NCBI RefSeq assembly: GCF_009914755.1
Contig: NC_060925.1
Source: the human T2T-CHM13v2.0 reference genome, Homo sapiens
Strand: one strand, 5' to 3'
Length of the DNA: 64,000 bases
In this document: piece after piece, positions 27,900 through 40,133 of the stretch
Numbering within the stretch: position 1 is the first letter of the stretch
How the letters are laid out: each line of letters starts with the position of its first letter
Position numbers and translations under genes: made by a program
The notes under the pieces: generated by a model
The model's input: only the letters and a program-made list of their open reading frames with translations
The model's database searches: none
Told to the model about the DNA's origin: nothing

Positions 27900-30380
27900 G
27901 AGCTACATTTATTGCCTTACATATGGATAAATGCCAATACTATCAATCAATTTATTTTATTTTATTTTTCAGCAGTTAAGTCATATTACTATTGAAGTGA
28001 GCATTGATACATTTGATTAATATCGATCACATTTATAACTGTTTTCCATTCATTTCACTTATTCTTTGTTTTTTTCCCCTTCTTTTTCTACCTTCTCTGG
28101 TTTTAATTGGGTGTATTATATAGTTTCATTTTAACCCCTATTCAGTTATATCAATAATATAAATTACTTTGTAATATTTTTAGTTTTGTTCTAGAGTTTT
28201 CAAAAGCATCTTAAACTAATCTAAACCTCTCTTAAAATAACACTATTCCACTTCACATATACTGCAGTTGTCTTAACGCAGATCATTCTCAATACTTCCC
28301 TCCCATACATTACAACACTGTTGTCATTCATTTATTCTTATGTTATAGTCACACAAAGCTGTGTGAATAACTGTTTTAGTATTACTTTAAAAAACTTATC
28401 ATGTAGATCAATTAAAAACAGAATAAGTAAATTATTTTATTCAGCCTTTATTTATCCCTTCTCAACACTCTTTCTTTATGTCAATCTGAGTTTCTGACTT
28501 TGATTTGCCTGAAGAACTTCTTTAACATTTCTTTCTGGGCATGCCTGCTGGCAATAGATTTTCCTGATTTTTGTTTGTTTAAGAAAGGCTTTTCCATTCA
28601 CATTTACAGGATAATTTTGCCTGATATAGAATTCTAGGCTCATAGAGTTTTTTTTTTCTTTCCACATAAATATTTTACTATATTCTCTCCTTGTGTGCAC
28701 GGTTCTAAGAAAAAGTACAATGTAATTCTTATCCTTGTTTCTTTACATGTAAGATGTGTCCTCTGCCCCTGCTCCATCTAGGTTTTTTTTTTTTTTTTGA
28801 GATTTTCCTCCTTGTCTTTGATTTTCTACACTTTTTATATGCTATACCTAGGTATAGATGCTTGAGGACTTATCCTGCGTTGTGTTCTCTGAGATTTCTG
28901 GATCTGGTGGGTTTTTTTGTTTGTTTTTGTTTTTGTTTTTGTTTTGTCTGTAATTGACTTTTTTTAGTGTAATTGATTTTTTCAATTTTTTGACCACTAT
29001 TATCTAAAGCTATTCTTCTGCTCTTTTCTCTCTTCTGGTTTTCTATTTTTGCATAAGTTATGCCCTTTGAAATTGTCTCACATTCAGCTTTTCTTCATTC
29101 CTTTTTCTCTGTGCAGTTCAGGTTGGGAGATTTCTTTGATTCTTGCTAATATTTTTCTTTGGTCTGCCAGTTTACTGATGAGCCCATCAAAAGCATAATT
29201 TGTTTCCATTTCAGAGTTTTTGATTTCTAGCATTTCCTTTTGATTCTGTCTTATCATTTCCATCCCTTTGCTTACTTGTCTATCTATTCTTGCATGCTGT
29301 CTACTTTTTCCATTAAAGCCTTCAACAGGTTAACCATAGGTATTTTATATTTGTGAGATAATTCTATAATCTGTTTCATGTTTGAGTTTGGTTGGGATTC
29401 TTGCTTTGTCTATTCAGACAGTATTTTTGTCTTGCCTTTAGCATTTTTTGTTTAAAGATAAGCATGATGTATTGAGTAATAGGAACTGAGAAAAATAGAT
29501 CTTTACTGTGATTTTATGCTAATATGGCTAGAAGTTGTGTTCTATTTCATATTTTCTGTAGCTGTAGGTGCTTAAAATTATTCTAATGTCTAGTATTTTT
29601 GTCTCCCTTGTGTATGGGTTTTCCTAAGAACTTCTATCAAGTATTGTTCTTGCTATTTTGCATCTTTTAAAACTATAATCCACTATAGTGGAGCCCTGTT
29701 TATATGGTGGTAAAGTGTGGGGAAGGGGAAATATTCCATGATTTTATAAGATAATTATATGTGTTTATCTCAATGTTTTAGTGGGTAAGTGTCCCTAGGC
29801 TGTGATATTCTCAAGCATTTCTTATCTCCAATTTCTCTCCTTAGGTTAGACAGGAGAGCAAGAAGATCTGGGTTTTGGTAATATTTCTTCTCCCGATAAA
29901 GTCTTTCCCCCTGTTTTCTTATGGCTAACTCTCTGGATGCATTTCATCATGGTCATTTTCTTCTTTCCTATGCCAGAGGTAACAGGGACTCTTTCTTGGC
30001 TTTTTATGATGAGAATCTGGTAATATTCCTGGAGGTATCATTCATTCACTGTATTAATTTTGGTGTGGGGAAAATAAATAAGGCTCCCACCCTGAAGCTA
30101 TTTTATACTCAGCCTCCAGCAATTCATCGAAATCACTATTAAAGTGTTACCAGTTTATTGTTCCAGCAGCCCAAAAACTCAGAAGCTGCTGGAGCAGATC
30201 TACTTCAGGTAAGCAGATGTTGGCTGTGTTTTTACTTTTTTCCTTTGGCAATCTCTCCAAGTTTGGGTGTGGTGGTTTGCTTTGCAAGCTCCCATCTCTG
30301 ATGAGTCCAAGAAGTCATTTACTTTGGTTTGTTCAGCTTGGTCTTTTTTGTAAGGATAGGATGACAACTTCCAAATGTGT
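27900..30380 (-). mobile_element. Old L1M (MC/MD-age) inter-ORF, ORF1 and 5' region
   Basis: gaagaacttctttaacatttctt; ggataattttgcctgatatagaattctaggct; ctgatgagcccatcaaaagcat; gatttctagcatttccttttgattc. Confidence 0.75.
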
Positions 30381-30521
30381 CAGGGCTGCTACTTATTTAT
30401 TGAGATTAATGTTCTATTCTAAAGTGTTCACTCTACTAGTAGAGTTCCTGGGGACTGAGTAAAATTCAAATTCATGAGCTTCACCCAGCACAATTTTATT
30501 TAGGTTTAAAAAACTGTGCAG

Positions 30522-30678
30522 GGACAAGGCATGGTGGCTCATGACTGTAATTTCAACACTTTAGGAGGCTAAGGCAGGTGATTCATTTGAGCACAAGAGT
30601 TCGAGACCAACCTGAGCAACATAGCAAGATCCTAACTTTTATAAAGTAAAAATATAAATATAAATAAATAAATTAAAA
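30522..30678 (+). mobile_element. FLAM_C-like Alu left monomer
   Basis: Single monomer ending cctgagcaacatagcaagatcc plus an A-rich tail. Degenerate TSD aaaaactgtgcagg / aaaaagcatgcagg. Confidence 0.85.
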
Positions 30679-30781
30679 AGCATGCAGGTTAAGAAATAAC
30701 ATAGCATTCATGGTATAATTCATATGTCATGTCTTTAAGGTACAACTTTCCTTGATCATAAAACGATGTAAATGTGCGTGG

Positions 30782-31190
30782 TGTATTAGGCCATTCTTGT
30801 GTTGCTATAAAGAAATACCTGGGACTGGGTAATTTATAAAGAAAAGAGGTTTAATTGGCTCAGATTTCTGCAGACGGTAGAAGAAACACTGTGCTGGCTG
30901 GCATTTGTTTCTGGTGAGGGTCTCAGATAGCTTACAGTCATGGTGGAACGTTAAAGGGAAGCAGTTGTCTCACATGATGAGAGTGTGAGCAAGAAAGAGA
31001 GGGAAGGGGTGCCACACACTTTAAACAACCATATCTCGCGTGAACTGACTTATCACCAAGGAAATGGTGCTAAGCCATTTATGAGGTATCCATCTCATGA
31101 TCCAAACACCTCCCACCAGACCCCACCTCCAACAATGGGGATTATATTTCAAAATGAGATTTGGAGGAGACAAATATTCAAATCACATCA
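30782..31190 (-). mobile_element. MSTA (ERVL-MaLR) solo LTR
   Basis: tgtattaggccattcttgtgttgctataaagaaatacctg...gagatttggaggagacaaatattcaaatcacatca. Confidence 0.9.
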
Positions 31191-31230
31191 TATAGGTACT
31201 TCCATTCAGGGAAATAATTAGCTCTGGGGC

Positions 31231-31852
31231 TGTAACTGTCCAATGGGTTCACCTTGCCTGCTGCCTAGACAGAGCTGATTTATCAAGACAGGGGAGCTGC
31301 AATACAGAAAGAATAATTCGTGCAGAGCTGGCTGTGAGGGAGACCGGAGTTTCATTTTTACTCAAATCAGTCTCCCTGAGCATTTGGGAGTTAGAGTTTT
31401 TAAGGACAACTTGGTGGGTGGAGAGAAGCCAGTGAGCCAGGAGTGCAGATTGGTCCGGTCAGAGATGAAATCACGGGGAGATGAACCTGTCCTCCTGTGC
31501 TGAGTCAGTTCCTGGGGCGGGGGCCAGGGGGCGGTTGGGAGGCACACAAGATCAGATGAGCCAGTTTACAGCCTCCCTTGGTAGCTGCGTGATTCCTAAA
31601 ACATAATTTCTAATCTTGTGGCTAATTTGTTAGTCCTACAAAGGCAGTCTAGTCCCCAGGCAAGAAGGAGGTTTGTCTTGGGAAAAAGCTGTTATCATCT
31701 TTGTTTTACACTGTAAACTTAGTTCCTCCCAAAGTTAGTTTGTCCTACGCCCAGGAATAAAAAAGGACAGCTTGGAGTTTAGAAGCAAGACAGAGTTGGT
31801 TAGGTAATATCTCTTTCACTGTCCCAATTACAATTTTGCAATGGTGGTTTCA
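31231..31852 (-). mobile_element. LTR8-family (ERV1) solo LTR
   Basis: TG...CA ends (tgtaac...ttttgcaatggtggtttca) with perfect 4-bp TSD GGGC (31227-31230, 31853-31856). Confidence 0.9.
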
Positions 31853-32079
31853 GGGCTATTTAAGCATTGATACCTAGTTAGCCACACAATTCACACAATG
31901 CATGTAATTAAATGTCACCTGCAATTCACTCAGCTCCCTCAGAAATGTTATTACCCCCATTATCTGGAATGCCTTCATTGCATCAATGAAAGTTATCCTT
32001 TGCTGAATCTCAGGAATTAGTCTGATGCATAGTCTTACATGCATTTTCATATATCACATGTGTGGTATAGGCTGACTCT

Positions 32080-32480
32080 GAAAATATCCTAGATTTATAA
32101 CATAAAAGTAAAATTCTTATCCCTCTGACTGACTGAACAGACCCCTCTTGGCCAAGGAGACCACAGAATAACTTTCAAAAGTTTCCCCATCCATGACAAG
32201 ACAAGAGGTCAGTTGCACCTCACGATACCCTCTTCCTCACTAACCATTAACAGAATATTTTTCCTAATAGTTAAACAGAATCCAGCCCTGGAAAACAAAG
32301 AATGTAAGACTCCTACAGCGACTTCAACTTCACCAACCTCATGACACCACTACCAGGCTCCCCTCCATTTTCCGGATTTCCACATGACAGCTGGCGAGCT
32401 TACAGAGCATTCCTTCCTGATAAACGAGTACTGACCATCGGCTTCTAGCTGGCTTACAGAGCATGAATGAAAAGCGTCTT
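32080..32480 (+). mobile_element. MER39-like (ERV1) LTR, 3'-truncated
   Basis: aaaattcttatccc...gactgaacagacccctcttggccaaggagacc...cagagcattccttcctgataa. Confidence 0.7.
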
Positions 32481-33552
32481 TTGACTTTTTAATAATAGCC
32501 ATTCTGACTGGTGTGAGATGGTATCTCATTGTGGTTTTGATTTGCATGTTACTAATGATCAGTGATGTTGATATTTGCATATGTCTTTTTTTTGAGAAGT
32601 GCCTGTTCATGTCCTTATTGCACTTTTTACTAGGGTTGTTTGTTTTGTTCTTGTAAATTTGTTTTAGTTGCTTATAGATCCTGGATATGTCAAATGCATA
32701 GTTTGCAAAAATTTCCCCCCATTGTGCAGGTTGTCTGTTTACTCTGTTGATAGCTTATTTTTCTATGCAGAAGCTCTTAATTAGATCCCATTTGTCAAAT
32801 TTTGCTTTTGTTGCAATTGCTTTTGGCATCTTCATCATAAAATATTTGCCCATGCCTATGTACTGAATGGTATTGCCTAGGATTTTTTCCAGGGTTTTTA
32901 TAGTTTTAGGTTTTACATTTCAGTCTTTAACCCATGTTGAGTTGATTTTTGTGTATGACGTAAGGAAGGGGCCCAGTTTCACTTTTCTGCATATGGCTAG
33001 CCAATTTTTCCAGAACCATTTATTATATAGGGAGTTCTTTCCCTATTGCTTGTTTTTGTCAGGTTTGTCAAAGATAAGATGATTGCAGGTGTGCGGTCTT
33101 ATTCCTGGGTTTTCTATTCGGTTCCATTGGTCTATGTGTCTGTTCTTGTACCAGTATCAAGGTGTTTTGGTTACTATAGCCTTACAGTAGAGTTTGAAGT
33201 TGGGTAGCATGATGCTTCTAGCTTTGTTCTTTTTGTTAGGATTTCCTTGGTTATTGAGCCTCTTTTTTGGTTCCATACGAATTTTAAAATAGTTTTTTTT
33301 TTCTAGTTCTGCAAAGACTGTCAATGGTAGTTTAATGGGAATAGAATTGTATCTATAAATTCCTTTGGGTAGTATGGGCATTTTCACGATATTGATTCTT
33401 CCTATCCATGAGCATGGAATATTTTTCCATTTGTTTGTGTCGTCTCTAATTTCTTTGAGCAGTGGTTTGTAGTTTCTCTTGTAGAGGTCCCTCACTTTCC
33501 TTGTTAGCTGTATTTCTAGGAATTTTATTCTTTTTTGTGGTAATTGTGAATG
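32480..33552 (-). mobile_element. L1P (PA/PB) ORF2 fragment
   Basis: ORF track on - strand gives L1 ORF2 peptides ([31 protein letters not shown]; [23 protein letters not shown]), broken by stops and frameshifts. Confidence 0.93.
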
Positions 33553-33667
33553 TTTATGAATGAAGTACTAATAAGTTGTTTGGAAGCTCTCTGAGCATTG
33601 GTCATTCTTACCATAGGGACTGATAAGTCAGAAAACTGGGTCTTTTTTTGGAGAATTTACTAAAATT

Positions 33668-33900
33668 CATATATATATACACATATATATATACACATAC
33701 ATGTGATATATGAAAATATGATACATGAAAATGCATGTAAGACATGTGATATATGAAAATGTATATACACATATGTATGTGTATACATATGTGTATATAT
33801 ACACATATTATATATACACACACACAGATATATATATATATATATATATACACATATTATATATACACACACACAGATATATATATATATATATATACAT
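33668..33900. repeat. TA/CA low-complexity array with a 49-bp higher-order duplication
   Basis: acacatattatatatacacacacacagatatata... repeated from 33801 and 33850. Confidence 0.9.
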
Positions 33901-36659
33901 TTTTTTTTCTCCTGGTCAAATTAGTTTCTCAAGAAGGCAATTTTCAGTATCCTTTCTGGGGGACTGTAAATTTAGATTCTAGTATTCTGATAGTAATCTA
34001 ATAGAAACAAAAAAAACAAACTGAGGTTGTTCAAATTCATCCTGCCAATTTTCATATAATCTACCTGTTTTCAGTGTGGCACCTCACTTTCATTCTCAGT
34101 TGTGTCTGGTATTTATGTTCTAGCACTTGTCTCTTTTAGTATCAGGAAGTAAACATTACATTTGTGAGGCCCAGTCACTTGATAATAGGCTTGGAAAATG
34201 AATCTGGGGATTAACCTTCTACTTAACCAGTTACTTCTTTTTCAGATTATTATTTAAAATTACCCAAAACTTTAATTATCTGTCAGGAATCTCAACAGGG
34301 CATTGCTTTTTATTTAGAATGTGAGAACAGTTAATTTTCATGTTTAAACACATTTTAAATTGATACGTTAAGCTATTTTGTCTATCTTCTTTATATTTTC
34401 TAAGGTTTTATTGACTTTTCAGTATGCTTTTATTTCTATTATACTGGGTTTGCTTGCTTGTCTCTGTTTCGTGGTATTTGTTTGCTTTTTAGTGCCGTAA
34501 TGTCAAAAAATATGCTCATCCAACTGGGTTTAATGATACATTCTCTCCTCTCAGTTTTGCAGAATTGAATAAAAATATCTAACAAAAAGAAAAAATTAAT
34601 TAAAATGATGCCCCTATATCTTACCGTCATGATTACAAAAATATTATTTACATAAAGAAAAACGTGAACAAAACAAAGTACCAAAGAATATCTATTCTCT
34701 GCCATAAAGTATTTTACCCATAAAATTATAATGAAGAGAATTTAGATAAGAGTAACGAAGAATATATTTGGGTCAAAGAAAATGATATTATCTTTCAACT
34801 TAATTTTGCATCTTGGGGGATAGGGAGTTACAACCTGTTTCTATGTTCATTCCAGATTTTCATTACTGAGCTTATTAATTATAGGTTAATTCTTTTTATA
34901 TGATTTAATATTTTTATTGCATTTTGACGCTGCTATTTTCTACAGTACAGTGGACTACACTAGAGAATATACTGGGCTTGAATTTTACAGGTTTATGCAT
35001 ATTTTCAGATATCCTGAAAACACTTTTTAAAAATATAACAAAACTATAAAACACACTCTCTTTTCCTTTGTATATAAATTTATTTGTACCTTAGTATATT
35101 CATACCACTTCTAAGTAATAAAAAAAGTTGCGTCTATTTTCTTTCAAAGGATGCAATGAGAATGAAAATCAAGACACAATGCTAAAAGTATAATAGGAAC
35201 CTGTAGGATGTTAATTGTTATTTGATATTGCTGTGTGATAATGTCTCATAATTGCCACTTAAAGTAAGGTACAGCAAGACGTAGTGTAATGTCTTTGATA
35301 GTTTGACTGAAAGATAATTTTTCTAAATATTCTAAGAGCAATGAGTCACTGCAAAGAAACTAGAGAGCAAAAAAGGCGGGAAACATTTATCACCAACTTG
35401 TAAAGGGAGAAATGTCCTCTGAAGAAAAATATCACAATACAATATGGTAATAATTACTTAACTATGTTTGAGTCTACATTGCCTAAATTTATTCTACTTT
35501 GGCTAGAAACAACATTAATATGTACATGCAGGTCTGAGTTTGGTAAATATATTATTAATATGATTTTATCACCTTATTAAACAAGAAAAACAGCTAAGGT
35601 AAAAATCAATTTGAAAGGAAAAGACTTGAAATTATCTTTACAACCCTGTGGAAACAGACCTAATTTTATGTGTTACTGCAAAAGGAGAAAACAGAATAAA
35701 AGCTATGATAAAATTATACAAGAGAGACTAAACCCCATTGAAAATATGAACCATAAAGAAATAAATCCTTAGTATTATGTAAGCAGAGTACTCTTTACAC
35801 AGATGAATGTAAGTCTTCACAAAAAATATATACTTAGTTTTCTATAAATAACATTTTGCTGTATCTTATTTTGGTAAAATGTATGCATTATTAATGAGAC
35901 AGTGACCATTTTTATTAACATTTCTTTGTGTTAATTTTTACATCAAAAGATTAACTTAAAATGCAATGTGTTAATAGTGTATTAGTAGTAATAATATTAA
36001 TCATGCATTGTATTTTAAATTTATCTTTAGGATTGTAATGTACAGGTAATGAATTTAATGGGAACTATAATAATCATGCCGGTATCTTTTCTAAAATGGA
36101 TATAAATTAATTCCCACATTTTACATTAAATTAAACAATTTATGGCTAGTCAAAGTGCATTTTACTATAAAATTTCATTTGATATATAACAAATCTATTA
36201 GAATACTTATTATATTTTTCCTAAATAATATCTATGAAACCATAAATTTTTGTAATATATTTTGAAATTTGATAGTGTTGAGTAACAGTTTCTATCTCAT
36301 ATCTTTGTTTCTATTTTATCCAATAATTTATTTTGTCAATCATCTAATAGTATATTTAATTAGGGCACTGTGGCTTAATGATATAGATAAAAAATGACAT
36401 TAACATTATATAATTCCAAATTAAGGAAAGATTTGCCTTATTCTTAGTAGAAAAGGAGCTTCACACTTACACTTTTAACAAAGTAGGTTAATTTTTACAT
36501 AAGTACATAGAATTCTATATATCTAAAATATTTTAGGAATTTGTACAACCAAACTTGGCTCCCAGGACCTACAATAAGTTCAGGATTATTTAGATTCATA
36601 ACTTTTACCACTTTTTAAACTTGCTGCTTCCACTTAAAATTATTTGGCAATTACGTGCA

Positions 36660-37105
36660 TGTTAGTACTGAGATTAGTCAGGATCCTAGAAGGAGTACAT
36701 CTCAGAAAGTTTAATAAAAGAAATATTCACCAAAGAAAACAAAATAGGAAGAGTACAGCACTCCTGAGTTTACATGATAGATACCATTGGGCACCTCTGG
36801 GCAAGAGGAGGGACCACTTACCTAAATCCAGAGTAGCTGTATGAAGACGACCAACTCTCAGGAGCTGTGGGAAAGACACAGACCACTGAAGTTAACCTGT
36901 CAGAAAGATAATCAGGAGAAACAATATCCTGAATTATCTTTCCTCCACTTCTCTGTTCTCCTGAAAATATCTCCTATTGGCCAAATCCAACAAGATAAAG
37001 TGCAAAAGAACTCATTGGTACAAACTACAATCTTAGCCTCCTGAGATAAAGAACTGAGTGGAGAAGACAAATGGTAGTATTGGGAGTACAAGTTGAGCAT
37101 CATAG
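36660..37105 (-). mobile_element. Old ERVL/MaLR LTR (LTR40/41/33- or MLT1K/L-like)
   Basis: ctcctattggccaaatccaac...aagaactcattggtaca...tagcctcctgagataaagaactgagtggagaag. Confidence 0.55.
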
Positions 37106-37249
37106 ACACTACAAACATTATGGTCAACATTTTAAGAGAAAAAACATCATCAATTTTTTTCTGTAATTGGGAGAGTAATTCTATATGTCTCTGGAATAGA
37201 AAAAAAGGAGAACAGCAGAAAAAAAGGAGCCAGATAGACAATGAGGAGC

Positions 37250-38100
37250 AGACTGTTAGTTCTAACACTACAGATTGAGTCGGCCTTTAAGCTATAGAAA
37301 AGGATGAGCAAAGTTTTGAGAAGAGTTGTGGCCAATCATATTTGTTCCTCAGAAACATCATATTGTCTATGATTGATTGTATGGAGGTGGTCAAAGAAAG
37401 GGTAGGCCAGAGTGACATGATTTCTGAATGACACCTAAGAAGCAATATATTTCATACACTGAAAGCAACAGATTACAAGATGTAAACAAAGTTTATGGTA
37501 AGGGAATGAAAGATAATTAGATTAATTTTAGTCATATTTAATTATAATATTTAGTAGAATAACCAATATTTGAAATTAAAATTTCAAATAAACAGATATG
37601 TTTTTATGGTCTTTAAAAAAATGATGAGTTGGCAGTAATAAGTTGGAAATCATCAACATATATTGGCAAATAAAGCCAAGCTAGAGCAAGAAAAGTGCCT
37701 GGTAGGAAGGCACATATGGGCTGAAAATGGAAAACAGTTCAAAGGAAAGCTCAAGATATATCAAAAATGTAAAAGTATTGCTCAGTGCTGAGTAATAAAT
37801 TATTGGACTCATAATTAAAAGTAGTACTTTATTCCAGGAATTGTTTTAGGTCCCTGGGACACCATGGTAAAGAAGATATACCTTAGTCTTGACTTCACAG
37901 AACCTCCTGTCAGTGAGTAAACAAGAGAAAACCATATAAATAACAAGTATAATATTATCAAGTAGAATTAGTGTTAAAGAAATAAACAGATTTAAATGAC
38001 AATTCGTATGTTAACATATTTAGGTAAGGTCTTTTAAAGAAATAGTTGTTTGGATTGCTGGCTGAAAGCAGAGAAAAAGCTATCAACATGATGTGTAAGA
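37250..38100 (-). mobile_element. L2 fragments
   Basis: tactttattccaggaattgttttaggtccctgggacacc...cttgacttcacagaac (antisense L2 3' end) plus upstream purine-rich L2-like text. Confidence 0.5.
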
Positions 38101-40133
38101 GTAGAGTATTAACAAGTTATTTGAAAAGTCAGTGGTAAGGCTATATGTTTTTACCAATATCTTAAAGATAGTTGATATGTTTTCCTCAAAAAGTTTTATA
38201 ATTTTTGTTTTTAGCTAGAGTCCTCCAGTTAATGACCATTGTCATTATCCTTCCTTTTATTTAGATTACTTATTTCTCTCAAAAATATTTTGAATATTTT
38301 AGTAGTATCTCTAATGTAGTTTAAGTAAACAAAGATATCTTTAACAAGATATTAAATTTTAAAAATGATAAAATTTTAAAAATAATAAAAATAAATAATT
38401 GAAAATAAATTTAAAAAATCTTGGTCTTTTAATCAACATTTAGTAATAGGGATCAGATGTACACTTCTTTCTAAAAAAAATAATGAATAAAATATATGAA
38501 ACAGTTTAAAGGCGATGGACATCAGACAATGAAGACCATGGTCCCTGAGATTCTGGGAACAAATAAAGTGAGCGCTGGGTTTGTTTTAATTCACTTCCTT
38601 GTATGAGTTTCCTGGCAGCAGGACATTGGAGGGAGAAATTCAGGAATGTCCTAATAAAACTTGCAGTTAGGAGATGAAGCCGAGAGTCCAGGGAGATTAA
38701 ACATCAAGAGAGTTCAGAACAGAATGCTAAGGAAAAAAATTCTACAAAGGGAAAAAATTCTCGATACCTCTGAAGGGTTGTTCTTCTACAGTTGGCTGAG
38801 TACAGATAAGTCCATACCTGTAAGGAAAACATCCTAGGTCAGAATAACAACCACCTGAATAGATTAGGTACCAACACATGGCCAAAAATAGTGTCTGTTC
38901 TCAGAAGCCACAGTGAATTTCTCATAATTCACAGGGCATTGGGTAGGGTATTCAGAAGGTCTTGAGTCAGTAGTGGGGTATAATTAATCTTGGACGAAAC
39001 ACTTCACTACTCCTATCAAACAGTTCTTACAAACGGGACTCCCCTTCCCAGTAAGCATTTTCTAAGTAGTTAAACTAGATTGCAAGCCAATATTTATAGA
39101 AATATGTAAATATCCAGTACTCAACAAGATAAAAAAAACTGCTTGGTAGCTAAGCAAAAATTACTATGCATGCAAAAAATAGAAATAACTAATAAGGAGA
39201 ACAACAAACAACTTGAAAGACACTCAAAAGTGGCACAAACGGTATAACTGCTATACAGGGATATCTAAAAAGCTATCATAATCATAGGCATTCCTTCCCC
39301 CCCATAAATGTTTTCTCCATACTCAAAATTTAGGTGGAGATATGAAAGATATATTTTAAGTCAGAGTTGTAGAAGTGTAAAATATAATGCTGAAAAAAAA
39401 TGCAGAATGGAAATTACACTTCGCAGAGGAAAATATTAGTAAACTTGAAAATATAGCAATAGAAAAAAAATCTATCTATCTATAAACAGAGAATAAGTAG
39501 AATTATAGAATACATACGCAGAGCACCAGTGAATGGTGAGACAAATTCAAGCTGCCTAATACATACGCAAATAGAATTCATAGAAGATGAAAGATGAAAA
39601 GAAGGAAGAACAGTAAACAAGAAATATCTAACATGGGCCAGAATGTTTACAAGTTTGAATAAAAGTGCCATTCACAAGATCCAAGAAACTCGACAAACTC
39701 CAAGCACAAGAATTATAAACAAAGCTACACCAAAGAACGTCATAATGAAATCATTGAAAACCAATGATTAAAACAAAATCTTGAAATCAGTCAAAACAAA
39801 AAGGCATGTTATGGACAGAGGAACAAATATCTTAAACAATGCAAGTCTGAAGAGAGTTGGGCAACATTTCCCAAGTACTGAAAGAAAACAAACAAAAAAA
39901 GCATGCAAAACAATTCTCCATCCAGAATTCCATAATTGGTAAAATATCTTTTGAAAATGAAGGCAAAGTAAAAATCTTTCCATGCAGACAAAAGCTTAAA
40001 TAACTTACCAGTAGATCCACTCTACATGATACGTTGAAGGAAGTTTTTCAGGCAATAATAAAATTTTACCAGATGGATATATAAATTTGCACAGACAAAT
40101 TCTTCTCATTATTTACATCACTTTAAAAAAATA

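Noticed and set aside
33608-34001. IY/TH/CV-rich ORFs (also 10897-11139, 22739-22969, 26608-26851)
   Set aside because: They are translations of TA/CA/TATC microsatellites.
34940-35230. Possible MIR remnants (also ~8990-9075)
   Set aside because: Too diverged to support by eye. A Dfam HMM search would be needed.
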